Part shown: piece by piece, positions 58,681-64,000 of the stretch
Layout: every line of letters starts with the position of its first letter
Position numbering within the stretch: position 1 is the stretch's first letter
Sequence record: DRR378314_235
Length of the DNA: 64,000 nucleotides
Direction: 5' to 3' (one strand)
Position numbers and translations under genes: made by a program
The notes under the pieces: generated by a model
Database searches by the model: none
What the model was told of the DNA's origin: nothing
Seen by the model: only the letters and a program-made list of their open reading frames with translations

Positions 58681-59556
58681 TCATTGCCGGCGCCGGAACG
58701 CCAGAGTGTCGGCGAAGTGCACCCTTTCCAGGCGCGGGTCGTGCCAATCGGTGATTTCGCCGGGGCCCAGCACCAGCAATCCGCCGGGCGCCAGGCGCCC
58801 GGCCAACTGGTTAACGATCTGTCGCTTCCGCCAGCGGCGGAAGTAAATCAGCATGTTCTGGCAAAAAATCAGGTCCATGTCGTCCATCGGTGCCTGATCC
58901 AGATTCAGCACGTTCAGATGGGCGAAGCAGACCCGCTCGCGCAGACCGTCCGCCACCTGCATGGTGTGCGTGTCCGCGTCCTTGAAATAGCGTTCGCGCA
59001 GCGCCGGGTCGATCTGCTCCACACGGCGCCGGGGAAACAGCCCGCGGCGCGCCTTGGCCAGCGTCGGCAGGCTGATGTCGGTGCCCGTGATGCCGTAGAA
59101 CAGCGCTTTGCCGTGGGCACGGAACCGCTCGCTGATCAACATCGCCAGGGAGTAGGCTTCCTCGCCGGTGGAGCAGCCCACGCTCCAGGCGTTGAGGGTG
59201 GCGCCGGTGCCCCGCTCGGCGGCGAACTGGCCGAGGTAGTCTTCCACCAGCGCGAAAGAGCCGGGGTGACGGAAGAAGCTGGTTTCCTGCACCGTCAGCC
59301 GGTCCACCAGGGTGGACCACTCCATGGCGCGGGACTCGGTGGCCCCGGTGACCAGCTGCTGGTAGTAGGTGTCGTAGTCGTCCAGCCCCAGCTCGCGCAT
59401 GCGGATATTGAGGCTGCTTTCCAGGAATTGCTTGCGCTCCGGCGCCAGCGTCATCCCGGTGCGCTCCTCCAGCAGGGCCTGCCAGAGCTGGAACTGCTCG
59501 GCATCCATGGCGGGGGCGCTCTTGATCGACCAGCGATCTGTCACTGCAAAACCCAT
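58681..59556 (-). CDS. pilK: CheR-like methyltransferase PilK
   Basis: TVQETSFFRH, WSVGCSTGEEAYSLAM, GTDIS, IFCQN.LIYF. Confidence 0.92.
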   Translation of the reverse strand: MGFAVTDRWSIKSAPAMDAEQFQLWQALLEERTGMTLAPERKQFLESSLNIRMRELGLDDYDTYYQQLVTGATESRAMEWSTLVDRLTVQETSFFRHPGSFALVEDYLGQFAAERGTGATLNAWSVGCSTGEEAYSLAMLISERFRAHGKALFYGITGTDISLPTLAKARRGLFPRRRVEQIDPALRERYFKDADTHTMQVADGLRERVCFAHLNVLNLDQAPMDDMDLIFCQNMLIYFRRWRKRQIVNQLAGRLAPGGLLVLGPGEITDWHDPRLERVHFADTLAFRRRQ

Positions 59557-59587
59557 GGTTCCGTCTCCGGAACCGGCTTACGCCGGT

Positions 59588-61612
59588 TCAGGAATGCTCC
59601 GGCAGGCGGAAGCCGGCGACTGAATTCCGCATTTCCTGCGCCATTTCCGCCAGGTCGCCAATGGAGCGGGCGGTGGCGGTGGTACCGGCGGAAGTCTGCG
59701 AAGTAATTTCCTGGATCACGTTCATGGTGTTGGAGATGTGACCCGCCGAGGCCGCCTGCTGGCGCGCCGCGTTGGAAATGTTCTGGATCAGATCCGCCAG
59801 GTTCTTGGATACGTTCTCGATCTCTTCCAGGGCCACACCGGCGTCCTGGGCCAGGCGCGCCCCCTTCACCACCTCGGCGGTGGTGGCTTCCATGGAGATC
59901 ACCGCCTCGTTGGTGTCGGTCTGAATGGTTTTCACCAGGGTTTCGATTTGCTTGGTGGCGGCGGCGGAGCGTTCCGCCAGGCGTTGTACTTCGTCCGCCA
60001 CCACCGCGAAGCCGCGGCCCGCTTCCCCGGCCATGGAGGCCTGGATCGCCGCGTTCAGTGCCAGAATGTTGGTCTGGTCGGCGATGTCGTTAATCAGGCT
60101 CACGATGTCGCCGATCTCCTGGGAGGATTCACCCAGGCGCTTGATCCGCTTGGAGGTTTCCTGAATCTGCTCGCGGATGGTGTCCATGCCGTGGATGGTG
60201 GCCTGCACCACCTCGGCGCCCTTGTTGGCGATCGCCACCGCTTTTTCCGCCACCGCGGCGGATTCGGCGGCGTTGGCGGATACCTGGTCAATGGACACCG
60301 CCATTTCGTTCACCGCCGCCGAGGCGCCGGCGATTTCCTGGGCCTGGTGCTCGGAGGCTTCCGCCAGATGCATCGCCGTGGACTGGGTTTCCTGGGCGGC
60401 CGAGGCCACCTGCACGGCGGAGTTGTTGATGGTCTGTACCAGGCTGCGCAGCTGGTCGATGGAGTAGTTGATGGAGTCGGCGATGGCGCCGGTGAAGTCC
60501 TCGGTCACCGTCGCTTCCACGGTCAGGTCACCGTCCGCCAGGTCGCCCAGCTCGTCCAGCAGGCGCAGAATCGCCGCCTGGTTACGCTGGTTCTCGCTTT
60601 CCAGTTCGTTCCGGCGGCGGGCCGCCTCACGGTTACGCTGCAGCATGATCAGGAAGAACAGCAACACGGCGATGGCGGCGCTCACCGCCCCCAGCCACAG
60701 CGACGGGAACAGGCCGGTGGTGGTCTGCTCGAACTGGGCGTTGAGGTTGGTGGATTCCTGCAGCAGGTCCTGGGAGTTACGGAAGATGGAGTCCGCCGCG
60801 CTGGCCACCTGGAACAGTTCCGGGGCGGTCTCGAGAATCTCGTCCACGGACTGGTTAACGAACTCGTCGAACAGCCGTGAGGTGCGGTCCAGATAGTTGA
60901 GCGCCTGCGGGTTGACGATCTGCTGCACGCCCATGGCTTCGTCGCCGGCCAGCATGCCGTTGAGCACGCGGCCGAATTCGGTGGCGTCGCGGCCGAAGTT
61001 GTCCGCCGCGATCACCGCGTTGTCGTCGCCTTCCAGCACCCGGGAGATGGAGCGCAGAATACGTTCGGTGAGCCAGATCTGGCGCTGGGCGAAGGCCACC
61101 TGCTCCGGCGGCGCGCCGGTGTCCACCAGGATGTCGACCACCGCCTGATACTCGGACTGCAGCTGCGGGATGGCCTGGGCCAGGGTGTCGGCCACCTCGT
61201 GCAGGTCGAGCACCGTGTCCTGCCCGTTGAGAATCGTGCCGGTGTCCTGGCGCACCTGATCCCACAGGGCCTGCAGCCGCTGTTTGACCTGCTCGTTGGC
61301 CACCGGCTCCTGCTTGAGGCCGTCCCAGGCCGACTGGAAGTCGCCGCGCGCGGCCTCCAGCAGCTCGAAGGCGTCGGCGTTACCGGACGCCGCCTCCAGG
61401 GCGTTTTTGGCGATCTGCTGCGAGACCACGCGCAATTCCGAGGCTTCGGTGATGTTTTCCTGCGCCCGGTTCGCGGTGGTGGCCGACAACAGGAAGTTGG
61501 CCAGCGCTAGGGCAACAAAAATGGCCAGCCCGATATAAAGCGCAATATTCAACGGGTTGCTGCCCGCGCCCCCCCGCACCTTGCTGAACACGTTTCCCGG
61601 TTTGAACTTCAT
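59588..61612 (-). CDS. pilJ: Methyl-accepting chemotaxis protein PilJ
   Basis: Two TM segments, [44 protein letters not shown]. Confidence 0.95.
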   Translation of the reverse strand: MKFKPGNVFSKVRGGAGSNPLNIALYIGLAIFVALALANFLLSATTANRAQENITEASELRVVSQQIAKNALEAASGNADAFELLEAARGDFQSAWDGLKQEPVANEQVKQRLQALWDQVRQDTGTILNGQDTVLDLHEVADTLAQAIPQLQSEYQAVVDILVDTGAPPEQVAFAQRQIWLTERILRSISRVLEGDDNAVIAADNFGRDATEFGRVLNGMLAGDEAMGVQQIVNPQALNYLDRTSRLFDEFVNQSVDEILETAPELFQVASAADSIFRNSQDLLQESTNLNAQFEQTTTGLFPSLWLGAVSAAIAVLLFFLIMLQRNREAARRRNELESENQRNQAAILRLLDELGDLADGDLTVEATVTEDFTGAIADSINYSIDQLRSLVQTINNSAVQVASAAQETQSTAMHLAEASEHQAQEIAGASAAVNEMAVSIDQVSANAAESAAVAEKAVAIANKGAEVVQATIHGMDTIREQIQETSKRIKRLGESSQEIGDIVSLINDIADQTNILALNAAIQASMAGEAGRGFAVVADEVQRLAERSAAATKQIETLVKTIQTDTNEAVISMEATTAEVVKGARLAQDAGVALEEIENVSKNLADLIQNISNAARQQAASAGHISNTMNVIQEITSQTSAGTTATARSIGDLAEMAQEMRNSVAGFRLPEHS

Positions 61613-61663
61613 AACTGGCTCCTGGCCTGGCTCTGTTCTTATCTCCCCTGCGCGGCACGCCGC

Positions 61664-62212
61664 TCAGCCCGTTCGGGCCGCCTGCATGAAGCGCGGGTCC
61701 TGTGCCAGCCGGGAAAGGCTGAACACGGACCAGAATTCCCCGTCCCTCTGATAACCGCCACGCAGATACGGACCCACATCCTGTTCCGCGAGCGGCGATT
61801 GCTCCTGATACGCCTCGATGGGGAAGTGCTGCATCCCCAGCACTTCGTCCACGATCACGCCGGTGTACAGATCGTCCTGATCCAGCACCAGCAGACGGCG
61901 CCGCTTCTCCTGCAATTCCGAGGTCTTGCCGAGAAAGCGGCTGAGATCCATCACCGTCATCAGGCGCCCGCGCACATTGGCGACGCCCTTCATCCAGTTC
62001 AGCACCCCCGGCACCCGGGTATAGGCCGGCACCGAGAGAATTTCCGAGACTTCATCCATGGGCGCCACGTAAAAGCGCTCGTCCAGCGTAAAGCCGACGC
62101 CGCTCCAGTATTGGACCGCGTCTTCCTGCATCGGCAGGCTGGCGGCCTGCCGACGGCAGCGGACGAAATAGTCCGCCAGCTTGATGAAGGCGGCGGATGC
62201 GGCTGCGCTCAT
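61664..62212 (-). CDS. pilI: CheW-like protein PilI
   Basis: WSGVGF, TRVPGV..WMKGVANVRGRL, VDEVLGMQHF. Confidence 0.92.
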   Translation of the reverse strand: MSAAASAAFIKLADYFVRCRRQAASLPMQEDAVQYWSGVGFTLDERFYVAPMDEVSEILSVPAYTRVPGVLNWMKGVANVRGRLMTVMDLSRFLGKTSELQEKRRRLLVLDQDDLYTGVIVDEVLGMQHFPIEAYQEQSPLAEQDVGPYLRGGYQRDGEFWSVFSLSRLAQDPRFMQAARTG

Positions 62213-62225
62213 GACACCTCTGTGT

Positions 62226-62594
62226 TCATTGGTCGGCCAGTTGCCGATCCACGGTTTTCAACAGTACGTCTTCATGCACCGGTTTGGTCAGATAATCCTT
62301 GGCGCCCTGGCGTTTGCCCCAGACCCGGTCGGTTTCCTGATCCTTGGTGGTCACGATAATGATCGGAATGTGGGCGGTATCGGCGCCTTTGGTGAGCTGT
62401 CGGGTGGCCTGGAAGCCGTTCAGCCCCGGCATCACCACGTCCATCAGCACCAGGTCCGGCAGCTCCGAGCGTGCCATGGCCACGCCGTCGGCGCCATTGG
62501 CGGCCTCCAGTACGTGGTGGCCGTGCTTTTCCAGAATCTCCCGCAGTTTGTAACACTCGGTGGGAGAGTCATCGACAATAAGAATGCGTGCCAT
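62226..62594 (-). CDS. pilH: Response regulator PilH
   Basis: MARILIVDDSPTE, MDVVMPGLNGFQATRQL, TTKDQETD. Confidence 0.95.
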   Translation of the reverse strand: MARILIVDDSPTECYKLREILEKHGHHVLEAANGADGVAMARSELPDLVLMDVVMPGLNGFQATRQLTKGADTAHIPIIIVTTKDQETDRVWGKRQGAKDYLTKPVHEDVLLKTVDRQLADQ

Positions 62595-62651
62595 CTTTTC
62601 CTCTTCAGGTTGAGCACCGCGACCGCCCGCGGGATCGCCCCGCGGCGAGCG

Positions 62652-63029
62652 CTAGACGTGCTGGCGAATCGCCCCCAACAGCTCGTCTTTGGAGAACGGC
62701 TTGGTCAGGTACTCGTCAGAGCCCACGATTCGACCCTTGGCCTTGTCAAACAGACCGTCCTTGGAAGAGAGCATAATGACGGGGGTCGCCTTGAATGCGC
62801 TGTTGTTCTTGATCAGCGCGCAGGTCTGGTAGCCATCCAGTCGCGGCATCATGATGTCCACGAAGATAATACTGGGTTTGCTGTCGGCGATCTTGGCCAG
62901 GGCATCGAAGCCGTCGGTGGCGGTGATCACTTCACAACCCGCTTTTTTCAACAAGGTCTCGGCGGTGCGACGAATGGTCTTGGAGTCGTCGATCACCATC
63001 ACCTTGAGGTCTTGGAAATTGTCAGTCAT
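62652..63029 (-). CDS. pilG: Response regulator PilG
   Basis: KVMVIDDSKTIRRTAETLL, DIMMPRLDGYQTCALIK, SSKDGLFDKAKGRIVG. Confidence 0.96.
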   Translation of the reverse strand: MTDNFQDLKVMVIDDSKTIRRTAETLLKKAGCEVITATDGFDALAKIADSKPSIIFVDIMMPRLDGYQTCALIKNNSAFKATPVIMLSSKDGLFDKAKGRIVGSDEYLTKPFSKDELLGAIRQHV

Positions 63030-63336
63030 GGAGAACTGCCTTTAAACCGTGAACCGTTACAGGCCGCAACGTCTTTTAATTATGAGCCTTTGTTGTCATG
63101 CGATAGGCAGGGCCCGCGATCCTTCGTGTTCCCCCCACTACATGCCACCGCCCCTTTTCTAAGGGGTTCTTCCGAGGACCTTATGGGTGAAACAGCCCAA
63201 GCCGAGGTTTTAACACAGATTCTACATTCAATCTATAAGGCCCTGTGAGACCTGAGAAAAGCGTCCCGTAGCGGGGCGGGCGACGCACTGCTAACATTGC
63301 CGGGCAACCCCCTTCCCCGGTCGTCCTGGAGCAACC

Positions 63337-64000
63337 ATGAGCCTCAACATCGGCGTGGTGATGGATCCCATCGCCCAGATCAAGCCCTGGAAAGACACCA
63401 CCCTGGCGATGCTGCTGGAAGCGCAGCGACGCGGCTGGACCCTGCACTACATGGAGCCCGCCGACCTCTACGTCCGCGACGGCCGGGTGTTCGCCGTGAC
63501 CTCCGACCTGACGGTGCGCGACGACAACCAGGACTGGTTCACCCTGGGCGACCCGGCCCCCCGGGACCTGACCGGCATGGACATGATCCTGATGCGTCAG
63601 GATCCGCCCTTCGACGCCGCCTACCTGTACGCCACCTACCTGCTCGAGAAAGTCGAGCGCGAAGGCGTGCTGGTGGCCAACCGCCCGGCCAGTGTCCGCG
63701 ACAGCAACGAAAAGCTGTTCGCCACGGACTTCCCCCAGTGCTGCGTGCCCACCCTGGTGTCCGGCCGCGCCGCCCTGCTGCGGGAGTTTGTAAAGGAGCA
63801 GGGTGACACCGTGATGAAACCGCTCGACGCCATGGGCGGCACCAATGTGTTCCGCATCGAGCCGGGCAGCTCCAACCTGAGCGTGATCATCGACGTGCTC
63901 ACCGAGGACGGCAAAACGCCGATCATGGCCCAGCGCTTCGTGCCCGAGATCAAGCAGGGCGACAAGCGCATCCTGATGATCAACGGTGAGCCGGTGCCCT
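63337..64000 (+). CDS. gshB: Glutathione synthetase (5' part, runs off the window)
   Basis: Read directly: MSLNIGVVMDPI..IKPWKDTTLAMLLEAQRRGW, LMRQDPPFD, NEKLFA, KPLDAMGG, GDKRIL; divergent from pilG as in Pseudomonas. Confidence 0.95.
   Translation, partial: MSLNIGVVMDPIAQIKPWKDTTLAMLLEAQRRGWTLHYMEPADLYVRDGRVFAVTSDLTVRDDNQDWFTLGDPAPRDLTGMDMILMRQDPPFDAAYLYATYLLEKVEREGVLVANRPASVRDSNEKLFATDFPQCCVPTLVSGRAALLREFVKEQGDTVMKPLDAMGGTNVFRIEPGSSNLSVIIDVLTEDGKTPIMAQRFVPEIKQGDKRILMINGEPVP

Noticed and set aside
63297-63983. ORF-track ORFs 63297-63806 (+) and 63636-63983 (-)
   Set aside because: Out-of-frame or antisense to gshB, which starts at 63337 and has no stop within the window.

Overview
High-GC gammaproteobacterial chromosome segment. 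Gene order and products resemble Pseudomonas and Alcanivoracaceae; this taxonomy is inferred, not determined. The backbone carries glyS-glyQ/tag, a lipid acyltransferase operon, the serA/D-2-hydroxyglutarate dehydrogenase pair, a COG3014-ycfL-lpoB lipoprotein operon, a Kef-type antiporter, ggt-coaD, a laoABCR-like long-chain alcohol oxidation cluster with a perfect operator palindrome, rsmE, a lipoprotein amidase, gloA, SPFH/NfeD, slyD, a lipid A acyltransferase, the complete pilGHIJK-chpABC cluster and the start of gshB. A lower-GC island of about 14.7 kb (~8560-23290) holds a tyrosine integrase with arm-type repeats and a copper module. That module comprises a PhoPQ/QseBC-like two-component system, a cupredoxin, CopA, CopB and a Cu(I) P1B-ATPase. 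It also has uncharacterised genes: an HMA-like CC protein, an APC permease, DUF302, a ferritin-like protein, a Cys-bearing circularly permuted ATP-grasp ligase and a truncated beta-propeller. The most notable signals are: a TTCAG-N6-TTCAG direct-repeat box (one copy GTCAG-N6-TTCAG) at four island promoters, which may define the regulon of a non-CusRS copper sensor; the ATP-grasp ligase module; codon mosaicism in both island flanks; and a DnaA box plus IHF-like site embedded in ggt. No rRNA, tRNA or CRISPR array was seen. All calls come from reading the sequence; no searches were run.
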